The position numbers and the translations under genes were made by a program. This document shows positions 43,850-53,758 of a stretch of DNA of 59,311 nt, piece after piece. Where the stretch lies: the NCBI GenBank assembly GCA_964505155.1, contig CAZDGL010000005.1:1-59311 (forward strand), read 5' to 3'. The notes under the pieces were generated by a model, which saw only the letters and a list, made by a program, of their open reading frames with translations, did not search any database and was not told where the DNA came from. How positions within the stretch are numbered: position 1 is the stretch's first letter; each line of letters starts with the position of its first letter. This stretch comes from an uncultured Candidatus Saccharibacteria bacterium (GTDB lineage: Bacteria > Patescibacteriota > Minisyncoccia > Phycocordibacterales > UBA9973).

Positions 43850-46279
43850 ATGAAGAAACTTACAAACAAAAAGATAGTTCTCGGGCTTTTGGCCTTGTTT
43901 TTCCTTTTTTTAGGAAGCACTTTGGTTTGGGCTTCGCTTATTAGACTCCCTGACCTCTCAAACTTTGAGGCTCGTAAAATAGCCAACTCTTCCAAAATCG
44001 TAGATAGGACAGGAGAGGTTGTGCTTTATGATATAAACCAAGGTGTTCGTAGAACAGAAATACCCCTTTCAGAAATGGGTGAAAATATAAAAAACGCCAC
44101 TATCGCCATAGAGGATGAGCATTTTTATGATCATGGAGGTATAAGACCAACATCAATATTGCGAGCGACACTTGTTAACCTAAGTAGTGGTAGTCTTTCT
44201 CAAGGAGGCTCAACTATAACCCAGCAAATTATCAAAAACACCCTTCTAAATACCAAAAAGACAATTCCGAGAAAAATCAAAGAAGTTGTTTTGGCTATCA
44301 AACTAGAGAAATATTTTTCAAAAGAGCAGATATTGACTATCTACCTAAACGACAACCCTTATGGTGGGACTATCTATGGTGCAGAGGAAGCATCCCAAGC
44401 ATTTTTTAATAAACACGCAAAAGACCTAACTATAGCTGAGTCTGCCTATTTGGCGGCAATACCAAAAGCCCCGACATATTACTCCCCTTTTGGTAAAAAC
44501 AAAGAAAAGCTCGATGCTAGAAAAAACACTGTTTTGAAAAAAATGTTTGACCTTGGATATATAAACCAAGATGATTACGATAAGGCCAAAAAAGAGGTGG
44601 TTGTATTTAACACTCAGGCACAAAACAGTATAAAAGCACCCCATTTTGTATTTTATATACTTGACTATCTACAACAAAAATACGGTGAAGATGTTATGGA
44701 GGTTGGTGGTTATACCATAACAACAACCTTAGACTATGAGCTACAAAAAAAGGCAGAAGAAATAGTAAAAGAAAAAAGTTTGGAAAATGAAAAAGCTTAT
44801 AAGGCCTCAAACAGCGCACTCCTTGCTGTTGATGCAACAAATGGACAAATACTTTCTATGGTTGGATCAAGGGATTATTTTGATAAGACAATAGATGGCG
44901 CCTATAACGTAGTAACAGCAAAACGCCAACCAGGTTCTTCTTTTAAGCCTATTGTGTATGCCACAGGTTTTCAAAAAGGTTATACTCCGGAAACAGTTTT
45001 GTTTGATGTAGCGACTGAATTTTCTACTACTTGTAAAAGTGATCCTAAGACATGTTATAACCCAAACAATTTTGATGGTTTGTTTAAAGGTCCAATAAGT
45101 GTCCGAAACGCTCTTATAGAGTCTAGAAACGTTCCAGCGGTAAAAATGCTGTATTTGGTTGGTATCGACAGCGCTCTTGATATGGCAAAAAATCTTGGTA
45201 TTACTGGTTTGGGAGATAAGTCCAAATATGGTCTTTCTTTGGTTCTTGGAGGTGGAGAAGTGTCTCTATTTGATATGACAACAGCTTATAGTGTTTTTGC
45301 TAATAGTGGAACCAAAAACCAAACTACCGGCATTTTGGAAGTAAAAGATAGAAAAGGAAATATTGTTGAAAAATTCCAAAGTCTACCAAGTAATGTTTTG
45401 GATAAAAATATTGCTCTACAAATATCCGATGTTTTATCAGGGACAACATATGCCCTACCAGGAACAGCGGCAAAAACAGGAACAACAGATGATAATAGAG
45501 ATGCTTGGGTTATTGGATATACACCAAGTGTTGTTGTTGGTGTTTGGTCAGGAAACAACGACAACAAATCTATGACGAAAGGTTCTACTATTTCTGTTCC
45601 TACATGGAAAGGTTTTATGTCTGAAGTTTTAAAGAAGTATCCACCACAGACTTTTGAAAAACCGCTCCAAGACCCAAACTATAACTCTCTAAAACCAGTA
45701 CTTAGGGGTGTTTGGCTTGGTAATAAAACAGTATGGATAGATAAAATAACAGGAAAGCTGGCAACAGAAAATACTCCAGTAGGCGCAAGAGAAGAAAGAG
45801 TGGTCACAGATGTTAAGGATATTTTATACTGGGTTGATAAATCAAACCCAAGGGGGCCAAACCCTACAAACCCAGCAAGCGACCCTCAGTTTAATCTTTG
45901 GAATGAGGCTGTTCAAAAGTGGTGGGAAGAAAATAAATCAAAATACAACATAACTACAGAATTTGATTTGCCTACCGAATATGAAAATATTCATAACGCT
46001 CAAACAAAACCTGTTATAGATATAGTCGGCCTACCAAATATAATAAGGGTGGACAATAGTGCTATGGTTAGTTTTTACAACACCAACAACACTGTGGCGC
46101 TAGCCTCTATAGATGTTTTTATCAATGATGGTTATATAACAACACTGAGCGCACCTTTTAGATTTACATTTAAACCAAAAGATTATGGTCTTACACCAGG
46201 GTCTTATAATTTAAAGGCGGTAGGACAAGATGTTTTATATTCTACAGGAGAAAAGGAAATATCTTTTATAGTTAATTAA
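43850..46279 (+). CDS. Class A penicillin-binding protein (PBP1A family)
   Basis: EDEHFYDH, GGSTITQQ, RKIKE transglycosylase motifs; SSFK, SRN, KTGT transpeptidase motifs. Confidence 0.95.
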   Translation: MKKLTNKKIVLGLLALFFLFLGSTLVWASLIRLPDLSNFEARKIANSSKIVDRTGEVVLYDINQGVRRTEIPLSEMGENIKNATIAIEDEHFYDHGGIRPTSILRATLVNLSSGSLSQGGSTITQQIIKNTLLNTKKTIPRKIKEVVLAIKLEKYFSKEQILTIYLNDNPYGGTIYGAEEASQAFFNKHAKDLTIAESAYLAAIPKAPTYYSPFGKNKEKLDARKNTVLKKMFDLGYINQDDYDKAKKEVVVFNTQAQNSIKAPHFVFYILDYLQQKYGEDVMEVGGYTITTTLDYELQKKAEEIVKEKSLENEKAYKASNSALLAVDATNGQILSMVGSRDYFDKTIDGAYNVVTAKRQPGSSFKPIVYATGFQKGYTPETVLFDVATEFSTTCKSDPKTCYNPNNFDGLFKGPISVRNALIESRNVPAVKMLYLVGIDSALDMAKNLGITGLGDKSKYGLSLVLGGGEVSLFDMTTAYSVFANSGTKNQTTGILEVKDRKGNIVEKFQSLPSNVLDKNIALQISDVLSGTTYALPGTAAKTGTTDDNRDAWVIGYTPSVVVGVWSGNNDNKSMTKGSTISVPTWKGFMSEVLKKYPPQTFEKPLQDPNYNSLKPVLRGVWLGNKTVWIDKITGKLATENTPVGAREERVVTDVKDILYWVDKSNPRGPNPTNPASDPQFNLWNEAVQKWWEENKSKYNITTEFDLPTEYENIHNAQTKPVIDIVGLPNIIRVDNSAMVSFYNTNNTVALASIDVFINDGYITTLSAPFRFTFKPKDYGLTPGSYNLKAVGQDVLYSTGEKEISFIVN

Positions 46280-46517
46280 TATTTTTAACACCGAAACTGG
46301 ATAGGTCTTTTATTATTTTATCTTTTTTAAAAACAACAGCGCTTTTAAGTGTTGGTGATGCGCTTAAAAAAAGCACACCGTTTTTTATAGAAAAATCATC
46401 ACTTTTTATTTGAACCCCTAAGTCTTTTGATAAAATCAAGGCAATATCTTCTTTAAAAGATTCTTTTTTTATCAAAGAGTTTGTTAGGTTTTTTAAAAGA
46501 TCGTTAAAAAGTGTCAT
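46272..46517 (-). CDS. Small protein downstream of dnaN, possibly DciA/DUF721-like
   Basis: SIKNGVLFLSASPTLKS..KKDKII pattern and its position after dnaN. Confidence 0.45.
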   Translation of the reverse strand: MTLFNDLLKNLTNSLIKKESFKEDIALILSKDLGVQIKSDDFSIKNGVLFLSASPTLKSAVVFKKDKIIKDLSSFGVKNIN

Positions 46518-46521
46518 GTAG

Positions 46522-47619
46522 CTATCTATTTGTTGGCATTAATAAGTAAATAAAACTATTGTCGTTTATACCTTTTATAATGATGGGTTTGTTTGGTGCT
46601 GTAAAAGAAATACTTATACTATCAGAAGATATGGTTTGAAAAACATCCAAGAAATACTTTAAGTTGAAAGAAACTTCTATATCGGCACCTTCTAGAACAG
46701 CTTCTATGGAAGAGGTTGATGAGCCTACGTCGTTGTTTTTTGATTGAATAATAATTGATTTTGTGGACTTAGATACATTAAAGATTATTTGAAAAAATTT
46801 ATCTGCAAATACTGTTGATAATCTAAGTGTTGATAATAATTCATTTCTCATTAGAACAACCTTTGTTTTCTCTTCTTTTGGTATTATAAGTCTATAATCA
46901 GGAAATGCTCCATCTATAAGTCTTGAAGTGAAATAAATACCATCACCTGAAATAGAAATTTGGTTTTTACTAAAAGAAACAAATACTTCTCCTTGGAGTA
47001 GATCTAAAACCCTTAAAAAATCAGCTATGTTTTTATAAGGGATCAATATTTTAGAAACTTCTGGTATACCTTTTATTTTTATTTTCTTTTCTGAAAGTCT
47101 AAAAGAATCAGTAGCAACAAAAACTAAATTTTCCTGTTCTGTATATATAAAAATACTTGATATCTCTGGTTTTATCTCTGTTGTAGCACAACAAAAATAA
47201 ACACTTCTTATACCTTCTTGCATAAGCTCACTTTTTATTTTAAATGTCTCACCTTCAACACTAGGAAGTGTAGGAAAATCTTCTTGTGGTAGACATTTGA
47301 TAACAGTTTTTGATGTTTCGCTTTCTATCAACAAATTCTCACCCTCGAGAGATAGGTTTATCTCTATTGAATTTGACATATTTGAGACAACATTAGATAA
47401 AATATCCCCTTTTATCAAAACTATTCCTTCTTTGGAAATATTGGCCTGTACTTCTATTTCAACACCTACAGTTAGGTTTGTTGCTCTTATTTTTAAAGAA
47501 TTTCCTGAGGCGACAAGAAGTATTGCTTGGAGCGTAGGAAGGGCCAAGTTTTTTCCCGACATTTTTTCAGCTAAAGTAACCGCTCTTTTTAATTTTTCTG
47601 TTTTACACTTTATTTTCAT
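46522..47619 (-). CDS. dnaN: DNA polymerase III beta clamp
   Basis: ATNL..G, EDFP.LP, VATDSFRL, LIDGAFPDY, FNLKYFLD, LLMP. Confidence 0.97.
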   Translation of the reverse strand: MKIKCKTEKLKRAVTLAEKMSGKNLALPTLQAILLVASGNSLKIRATNLTVGVEIEVQANISKEGIVLIKGDILSNVVSNMSNSIEINLSLEGENLLIESETSKTVIKCLPQEDFPTLPSVEGETFKIKSELMQEGIRSVYFCCATTEIKPEISSIFIYTEQENLVFVATDSFRLSEKKIKIKGIPEVSKILIPYKNIADFLRVLDLLQGEVFVSFSKNQISISGDGIYFTSRLIDGAFPDYRLIIPKEEKTKVVLMRNELLSTLRLSTVFADKFFQIIFNVSKSTKSIIIQSKNNDVGSSTSSIEAVLEGADIEVSFNLKYFLDVFQTISSDSISISFTAPNKPIIIKGINDNSFIYLLMPTNR

Positions 47620-47806
47620 ATTTTATAAAGAATAGTCTAATAAGTTTATAATAGGTGTGGATTGTTAAAAACTATTTTTTATCTTTATGTATTAAGGATA
47701 AAAATAAAACCCTCAGTGTTGATAATTTGTTTATTGATTTTGTTGATATATTTCATATATAAAACTTTTTGATATTTATTAGATTATTTTCACACCTTAT
47801 TAACAT
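47620..47806. promoter_or_regulatory. Putative oriC segment between dnaA and dnaN
   Basis: Very AT-rich; degenerate DnaA boxes TGTGGATTG 47656, TGTTGATAA 47717, TGTTGATAT 47741, TTATTAACA 47797. Confidence 0.6.
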
Positions 47807-49156
47807 CTATTTAAACAAAATTCTAATATCTTCTAGTTCTTTCATTAATTCAGAATCATTTTTCAATTCTTGTTTTATTTTTTCATATGAGTGTATGACA
47901 GTTGTATGGTCTTTTCCACCTAACTTAGAACCTATAGATGGATAAGACTCATTAAAATCCTCTCTCAATATAAACATAATCATTTGTCTAGCTTTTACTA
48001 TCTCTTTTCTTCTTGTTTTTTCATAAACAACACCTTCGTCTAGGTTGTAGTAATCAGATATTTGTTTCACTACACTCTCAAAAGAAACAACCTTTTTTGG
48101 TTTAACACTATTTCTAACCAAAAGCTTAACCTCAGATAAAGATATTGGTTTTTGCTTCATTTCAGAATGCATATTTATAAGGTTGATTATACCCTCGAGC
48201 TCCCTTATACTCCCTGTCACTGAAGATGCTATATAAGAGAGAACTTCAGATTCTATAATGTTTCCAGACAACTGAACTTTTTCTTTTATAATAGCCATTC
48301 TACTCTCAAGATCTGGTTCCTGGATATCTATTGTCATACCAGCATTAAAACGAGTTTTTAACCTATCCTCTAGTCCAATAATGTGGTTAGGGTGTTTATC
48401 AGAAGAAAAGATAATACTTTTTTCTTGCTCGTATAAAAGGTTAAATAAATGAAATAATTCACTTTGAGTACCATCTTTACCAGAGATAAACTGAATATCG
48501 TCAATAATTAAAACATCAAGTTTTCTATATTTTTCCCTAAAAGGAACCCCTCTACTGTTTTGAACAGATGTAACATAATCGTTCAAAAACCTTTCAAGTG
48601 TTGTATAGAGAACCTTTTTTTCAGGAAAGTTCTTTTTTATTTCATTTCCTATGGCTTGTATAAGGTGTGTTTTTCCTAAACCACTTGATCCGTATATAAA
48701 AAGAGGGTTGTAGACTCTACCTGGCTTTTTGATAACAGCCTGAGATGCTGCATAAGCTAGTTCATTGAAAGGCCCAACAATAAAAGTATCAAAAGTATAC
48801 CTTGGATTTAGGTTATCATCTCTGTTGGTATAAATATCAGATATAGGGAGCTCCGGTTTTCTTTGGTGATCAGTAGTGTTTTCTATTTTATTTTCATTTT
48901 GAGTTATTTTACTTATTATAAACTCAACTCCCCTTATATGGTCTGCGTGAGTAACTAAGTTTTTTAAGACCATCTTTTGGTATTTTGTTACCATCCACTC
49001 TTTTATAAAATCATTCGGTACACCTATAAAAACAATACCCTCCTCTTCTTTTATTGCTTTTGTATTTTTAAACCAAGTATTGAAATGGCCAGTAGAAACC
49101 TCTTTTTGGATCTCAAGTAAACATTTATCCCAAAGTGTAGATGTGTCCATTGTCAT
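47807..49156 (-). CDS. dnaA: Chromosomal replication initiator DnaA
   Basis: LNPRYTFDTF, NPLFIYGSSGLGKTHL, LIIDDIQF, RELEG, KDHTTVIH; start at ATG 49156 or 49150. Confidence 0.98.
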   Translation of the reverse strand: MTMDTSTLWDKCLLEIQKEVSTGHFNTWFKNTKAIKEEEGIVFIGVPNDFIKEWMVTKYQKMVLKNLVTHADHIRGVEFIISKITQNENKIENTTDHQRKPELPISDIYTNRDDNLNPRYTFDTFIVGPFNELAYAASQAVIKKPGRVYNPLFIYGSSGLGKTHLIQAIGNEIKKNFPEKKVLYTTLERFLNDYVTSVQNSRGVPFREKYRKLDVLIIDDIQFISGKDGTQSELFHLFNLLYEQEKSIIFSSDKHPNHIIGLEDRLKTRFNAGMTIDIQEPDLESRMAIIKEKVQLSGNIIESEVLSYIASSVTGSIRELEGIINLINMHSEMKQKPISLSEVKLLVRNSVKPKKVVSFESVVKQISDYYNLDEGVVYEKTRRKEIVKARQMIMFILREDFNESYPSIGSKLGGKDHTTVIHSYEKIKQELKNDSELMKELEDIRILFK

Positions 49157-49196
49157 ATAGTAGTAATAATACGTCTTTATTGGTTTAATCAAAAAC

Positions 49197-49225
49197 TGTT
49201 AATAATCTGTGGATAGTGTTGATTA
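49197..49225. promoter_or_regulatory. Three tandem degenerate DnaA boxes upstream of dnaA
   Basis: TGTTAATAA 49197, TGTGGATAG 49208, TGTTGATTA 49217. Confidence 0.6.
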
Positions 49226-49302
49226 TAGCAGAATATAAAAAATGGGGTTATTTAGTAAAAACTTGATTTATATATAGATTTTGTGTATAGTTGCAATATT
49301 AT

Positions 49303-49437
49303 ATGTCTCAAACATACCAACCAAAAAAGAGAAAAAGAGCAAAAACACACGGTTTTTTAGTCAGAAGCTCTTCTGCAACAGGCCGAAAGGTTATTACTGC
49401 AAGACGCCGAAAGGGTCGAGCTAAGATAGCCCTCTAA
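49303..49437 (+). CDS. rpmH: 50S ribosomal protein L34 (missed by the ORF track)
   Basis: [44 protein letters not shown]. Confidence 0.97.
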   Translation: MSQTYQPKKRKRAKTHGFLVRSSSATGRKVITARRRKGRAKIAL

Positions 49438-49441
49438 TGAT

Positions 49442-49777
49442 ATGTTGCCGTCAAAAAAACGGCTAGATAGAACTTTGTTTAAACACTTCTTGTCTTTAGA
49501 AGGTAAAAAGACTGTTTTTAATTCTTTAGGAACCCTTAAGTACCAAAACAGCACAGAAGACACTCGTTTTTCGGTGGTTATATCTTCTAAGGTAGAAAAA
49601 AGAGCCACCTATAGAAACCTTTTAAAAAGAAGGTTGTACTCGATCTTGGGGGATTTTTTGAAAACAAATAACATAAAAATACAGGGAGTTTTCTACCTAT
49701 CAAAGAACTCGATAAAGTTTTCTTTTGAAGAATTTAAAAAAAATACCGATGAACTTCTTAAAAAGGCTACCAAATAA
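49442..49777 (+). CDS. rnpA: Ribonuclease P protein component
   Basis: MLPSKKRL, RFSVVIS.KV.K.A..RN..KRR; rpmH-rnpA synteny. Confidence 0.92.
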   Translation: MLPSKKRLDRTLFKHFLSLEGKKTVFNSLGTLKYQNSTEDTRFSVVISSKVEKRATYRNLLKRRLYSILGDFLKTNNIKIQGVFYLSKNSIKFSFEEFKKNTDELLKKATK

Positions 49778-50006
49778 AATATTTATTCTTCTAGTTAGGT
49801 TTTACCGCCTCACACTATCCCCTTCTGTAGGGTTTTTGAGATTTATACCGTTTTACCCTAAGCCTAGCTGTATATTTTATCCAACATGTTCACAGTACGC
49901 GATACTTTGTTTTGAAAAATATAACTTTTGGACAGCATTTAAAAAAACAAGCCACAGAATATCAAAATGCCACCCTTTTGGCGAGCCGGGCGTGGATTTA
50001 CCATAA
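49749..50006 (+). CDS. yidD: Membrane protein insertion efficiency factor YidD
   Basis: FYRLTLSP, CIFYPTCSQYA, RISKCHPF..PGVD. Confidence 0.93.
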   Translation: MNFLKRLPNKIFILLVRFYRLTLSPSVGFLRFIPFYPKPSCIFYPTCSQYAILCFEKYNFWTAFKKTSHRISKCHPFGEPGVDLP

Positions 50007-50024
50007 GATGCTATAATCTAATCC

Positions 50025-50729
50025 ATGAATACAATCTGGAATACTTTTATATATGAACCTATTTATAACACCCTTGTTTTTGTTGCTAGTAATTTAGCCC
50101 TAAAAGATGTAGGTATAGCTGTATTGATTGTTACTATACTTATCAGGTTTATTTTGATGCCTTTATCAAAAAAGAGCATTATTAGTCAATACAAAATGAG
50201 GCTTCTCCAGCCTAAACTAGATGAAATAAAATCAAGAGGTCTTTCTAAAGAAGAGGAGTCAAAAGTCCAGTTTGCTCTTTATAAAACAGAGGGCATCAAT
50301 CCTTTTTCAGGATGTCTTTATTTGTTGATACAACTCCCTATCTTGTTTGCGCTCTATTTTGCTTTTATAAAAGGGATAAATCAGCCAGAGCACCTTTATT
50401 CGTTTTTGAGTACCGAAGGTCTTAAAAACACATTTTTAGGCCTCATAGATATAACCAAACCATTCCTACCTTTTGCTATTTTGGCTGGTATAACTCAGGC
50501 AATCCAGGCCTTTATTGCCCCAAAACCACCAACTCCCCAAGGAGAGGGTTTTCAGGCTCAGTTTACAAAGAGTCTCTCTATGCAAACCAAATACGTTCTA
50601 CCAATAATAATAATTTTTATAGCAGCAAAACTAGCCGCCGCTGTTTCTTTGTATTGGATAGTCACAAACCTGTTTTCTATCGGACAAGAACTCTACTTTA
50701 GAAAAACCCTAAAACTTAAAACCACCTAA
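50025..50729 (+). CDS. yidC: YidC/Oxa1 membrane insertase (short form)
   Basis: TILIRFIL.PL, LQPKL.EI, GINPFSGCL..LIQLPIL, SLYW. Confidence 0.95.
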   Translation: MNTIWNTFIYEPIYNTLVFVASNLALKDVGIAVLIVTILIRFILMPLSKKSIISQYKMRLLQPKLDEIKSRGLSKEEESKVQFALYKTEGINPFSGCLYLLIQLPILFALYFAFIKGINQPEHLYSFLSTEGLKNTFLGLIDITKPFLPFAILAGITQAIQAFIAPKPPTPQGEGFQAQFTKSLSMQTKYVLPIIIIFIAAKLAAAVSLYWIVTNLFSIGQELYFRKTLKLKTT

Positions 50730-51964
50730 AGACTAAACTGCCACAAAATACCATCCTTTTTGTTGATAAAGTAGAGGATATTTTTGTTCTCATCTACCTG
50801 TAAGTTTGTAATATCAAAAGCCCTATCTCCTGTGTTTAGAACATCAAAAGTGTTGCTTTGGGTGTATATTCTAAATATCTGATCTTGAAAACTGACTAAT
50901 CCTGCATACCAAGAGTCTGGATAGGTCGCTATCTCTGGTGATGCACTACCAGCACAAATCAAGTCTTCGTTTTTAAGCCATACACATTTCTCTGGCAATA
51001 TAGATAACCCTAAACTCTTTGTGGAAAGTGTTTTTGTGTTGAAAAGCTTAGTCGAAAAACCATCTTCTGTGCTTTCTGAAAAAATGACAAGGTTGCCACT
51101 TGGGCTAACTGAGGTTGTTAAACCCTTTATACCACCCAAGATCTTTCTAGGTCTTTTTTCTTTCAGGTCTATCTTGTAAAGAAAACCACCAACAATACTT
51201 GCTGGTTTTGTTTGGATGTAGACGCTATCACTTTTAGGCCAAGAAACCCACCATTCTTTTAAAGGAGATCTGAAGAGTTCCCTTTTTTTCTTATTCAAAG
51301 AGTCTGCTATAGAAAATGTTCCCTGGTTTGTGTCGCTAACTAAAAAAACAAACTCTTTTTCTAGTGGTGAGACTGATATAGAGGAGATATTGTCCAAAAG
51401 AAAACTACCCTCTTTTTGTGTTCTTGTGCCATCTGGATTTTCTTCTGGTATCGGAACAGTGTAAGAGCCTATAGTCCTACCGTCCTCCTTTAAAAATCTT
51501 AAGATAACTGACTTTTTATCATCAAGGAAATAAGCCTCATATATAGCAGGGATAAAAATATTGCTTATTTGAAGTGGTGTTAGGTCGTTTTTTATCTCAT
51601 AAACATATCCACTTTGACGAGAAACATATCTTATATAGTTATCTATCACTGTTTCTTTGGTTTTATTCTCTTTTACTATGGTGTTGGTTCTAGAAAAAAT
51701 ACTATAGCCGGCTATAGGGTTTCTACTTATTTGTTTAAATGGAGATGTTTCTCTAGGAGTTTCATTTTCTGGGTTGTTTATATTGTCACCATCTGTACCC
51801 CCATCAGTATCAACTGAACCTTTGTTTCCAAGAGGAAAAAATGATTTGAATGTTGTGGAAACACCAGATGAGCCACTATTGGTATCTTTGTTTCTAAAAC
51901 CAAAATACCAAATTGCACACCCAACCAATCCTAGAAGTATTAATATACTAAATATTCGACGCAT
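50726..51964 (-). CDS. Membrane-anchored exported protein, possibly a beta-propeller
   Basis: N-terminal TM, low-complexity linker, repeated SVSP/WPK blade-like motifs. Confidence 0.7.
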   Translation of the reverse strand: MRRIFSILILLGLVGCAIWYFGFRNKDTNSGSSGVSTTFKSFFPLGNKGSVDTDGGTDGDNINNPENETPRETSPFKQISRNPIAGYSIFSRTNTIVKENKTKETVIDNYIRYVSRQSGYVYEIKNDLTPLQISNIFIPAIYEAYFLDDKKSVILRFLKEDGRTIGSYTVPIPEENPDGTRTQKEGSFLLDNISSISVSPLEKEFVFLVSDTNQGTFSIADSLNKKKRELFRSPLKEWWVSWPKSDSVYIQTKPASIVGGFLYKIDLKEKRPRKILGGIKGLTTSVSPSGNLVIFSESTEDGFSTKLFNTKTLSTKSLGLSILPEKCVWLKNEDLICAGSASPEIATYPDSWYAGLVSFQDQIFRIYTQSNTFDVLNTGDRAFDITNLQVDENKNILYFINKKDGILWQFSL

Positions 51965-51994
51965 GTTCTTATATTGTACAACAATTTCTTGTTT

Positions 51995-53686
51995 TTAAGG
52001 TGTGATTCTTCTTAAATACTCCAGCTGTCCACCATAGTATGAAAACGATTTTTCGCCCTGCACGGAATTTCCTGTTTCTCCCAGTATAGGTTTTTTGGTG
52101 ACATATCCTCCGACTTGAGACTCTCGGAATTTACCTCCCCCTACATAAATAACAACGTGTCCCTTGCTACCATTTCTCCACCCCAGGAGATCTCCTGGTT
52201 GTAGTTCTTTACCTTTTATAAAAATTTTTCCAGGGCTTTCAATAACTTCGGATTTAGAAAATTTCTCTGAGCCAGCTTTTCCCTCAAACATTGCCTGTGT
52301 CGTTGCATAGGTTGCTGGCTGTATTCCTGCACATAATAAAACAGTTGTTACATATGAACTACAATCTAAGTATTGAGTTCCGTTTGGCCCCGGTGTTCCG
52401 CGTTTTATTTGGCTATATGTTGCCTTTCCTTGCCAACTTGCTGCTATTTCTCGTATTTTTGCCTTACCACCAGATTTTGGACAAATAACCCCGTTTGGGA
52501 AGACTGCTTTGTCAAAATTATAACCAGCAACACCTGTGCCCTGTATTTGAGTATAGTTTGCGGGAACATAGGCATCATTATCACCAGGATATTCTTCCAC
52601 ATCAAACTCCGCCACTCCAATACTAAAATCATTATTCACCAACCTAGGGTTTATGGTATTTAGTATCACATAAGATGCTAAGGCAAATATCAGTCCAAGC
52701 AAAGCATCTCTAAATCCACCTTTAAGTTTTGCTTTAACAAAAGGTACATCGGTTAGCATATAGCCATAACCAGTTATGATTATCCTCACCACCAAAATAA
52801 CTGCCGCTATACCTATAATGAGCTTCAAAATGAAGTTCAAAAAAGCATTGATATCACATATCTCCCCTGGATTTGATTGCTGTCTTAGTTTACAAAGCTC
52901 AGGATCAAGCAGCGCAGTCATCCCTGGAATCGGTGCCAAAAGCCTATAGCTGTTACTATCATAAAAATTATCAGCCTCTTTACCTGTTTCTGGGATAACT
53001 CCCTTTTTTATATTAAAATCATAGCTCTTTGTGGTCGACACACCCTTATCACTTTCAAATGTTAGGTTTGCCAGATACCAACCATTTGGATCAAAAGAAT
53101 TGTTAATCACTAAAAAGCGGTATTCACCTTTTTCATCAACAGTTACAGGATTCCCTAATCCCATGATTTTCTCACCTGTCTTTTTAGTGGTTATATCGCC
53201 AGAGACTTTGATAGAAGAGTACGGAACAAGGCTGTTTTCTGCATGCTTTTTTATATCTATATTCCCATAAAATCCATATGTACCAGTGTTTTGTTTTTCA
53301 AGATTAAAATTCCCCAGAGAGATAGTCGAATACTCAGTATTTATCTTGATATTTTCAGTCAAGAAGACCTTTGAAGAAGTATCAAAAATTCTAACATAAT
53401 AAACAATTGCCGGGTCTAAAGTCTTCTTTGTTTGCCAAGATGTTTTTTGTGATAGTCCTGAGAGCTTTGGTTCTAGTCCAGGTGCTATTACTAGGCTTGG
53501 CGGTATTGCAGATATCTCTTTGTCTGAAATCATCGGTTGAACAACCGCTGAATTTGTCGAGGTATATGAAATACTTATATTCTCACCCACCGCAAAAGCT
53601 TCTAGGCTAGATGTTTGAGCAAGAGTTTCTCTATGAACCCCAAAGAGTACCAAGAAAACAACGATAGCTGAAAATATTTTCCTCAT
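51995..53686 (-). CDS. Exported protein with a pilin-like 2-TM module and a C-terminal NlpC/P60 peptidase
   Basis: AAVILVVRIII.GY.YM...GLIFALASYVILNTINP.L; YSQ..RG, LDCSSYV, GDLLGW, GHVVIYVG. Confidence 0.85.
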   Translation of the reverse strand: MRKIFSAIVVFLVLFGVHRETLAQTSSLEAFAVGENISISYTSTNSAVVQPMISDKEISAIPPSLVIAPGLEPKLSGLSQKTSWQTKKTLDPAIVYYVRIFDTSSKVFLTENIKINTEYSTISLGNFNLEKQNTGTYGFYGNIDIKKHAENSLVPYSSIKVSGDITTKKTGEKIMGLGNPVTVDEKGEYRFLVINNSFDPNGWYLANLTFESDKGVSTTKSYDFNIKKGVIPETGKEADNFYDSNSYRLLAPIPGMTALLDPELCKLRQQSNPGEICDINAFLNFILKLIIGIAAVILVVRIIITGYGYMLTDVPFVKAKLKGGFRDALLGLIFALASYVILNTINPRLVNNDFSIGVAEFDVEEYPGDNDAYVPANYTQIQGTGVAGYNFDKAVFPNGVICPKSGGKAKIREIAASWQGKATYSQIKRGTPGPNGTQYLDCSSYVTTVLLCAGIQPATYATTQAMFEGKAGSEKFSKSEVIESPGKIFIKGKELQPGDLLGWRNGSKGHVVIYVGGGKFRESQVGGYVTKKPILGETGNSVQGEKSFSYYGGQLEYLRRITP

Positions 53687-53736
53687 TATTACTTTATTGT
53701 ACTATGATTAAAAAGAAAGAGTGAATGATTTTTTGA
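52602..53736. repeat. 1135-bp direct repeat, copy A
   Basis: Offset 1785 from copy B; only one mismatch found by eye (52616 vs 54401). Confidence 0.95.
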
Positions 53737-53758
53737 GAAGTTGTTATCTACACACCAA

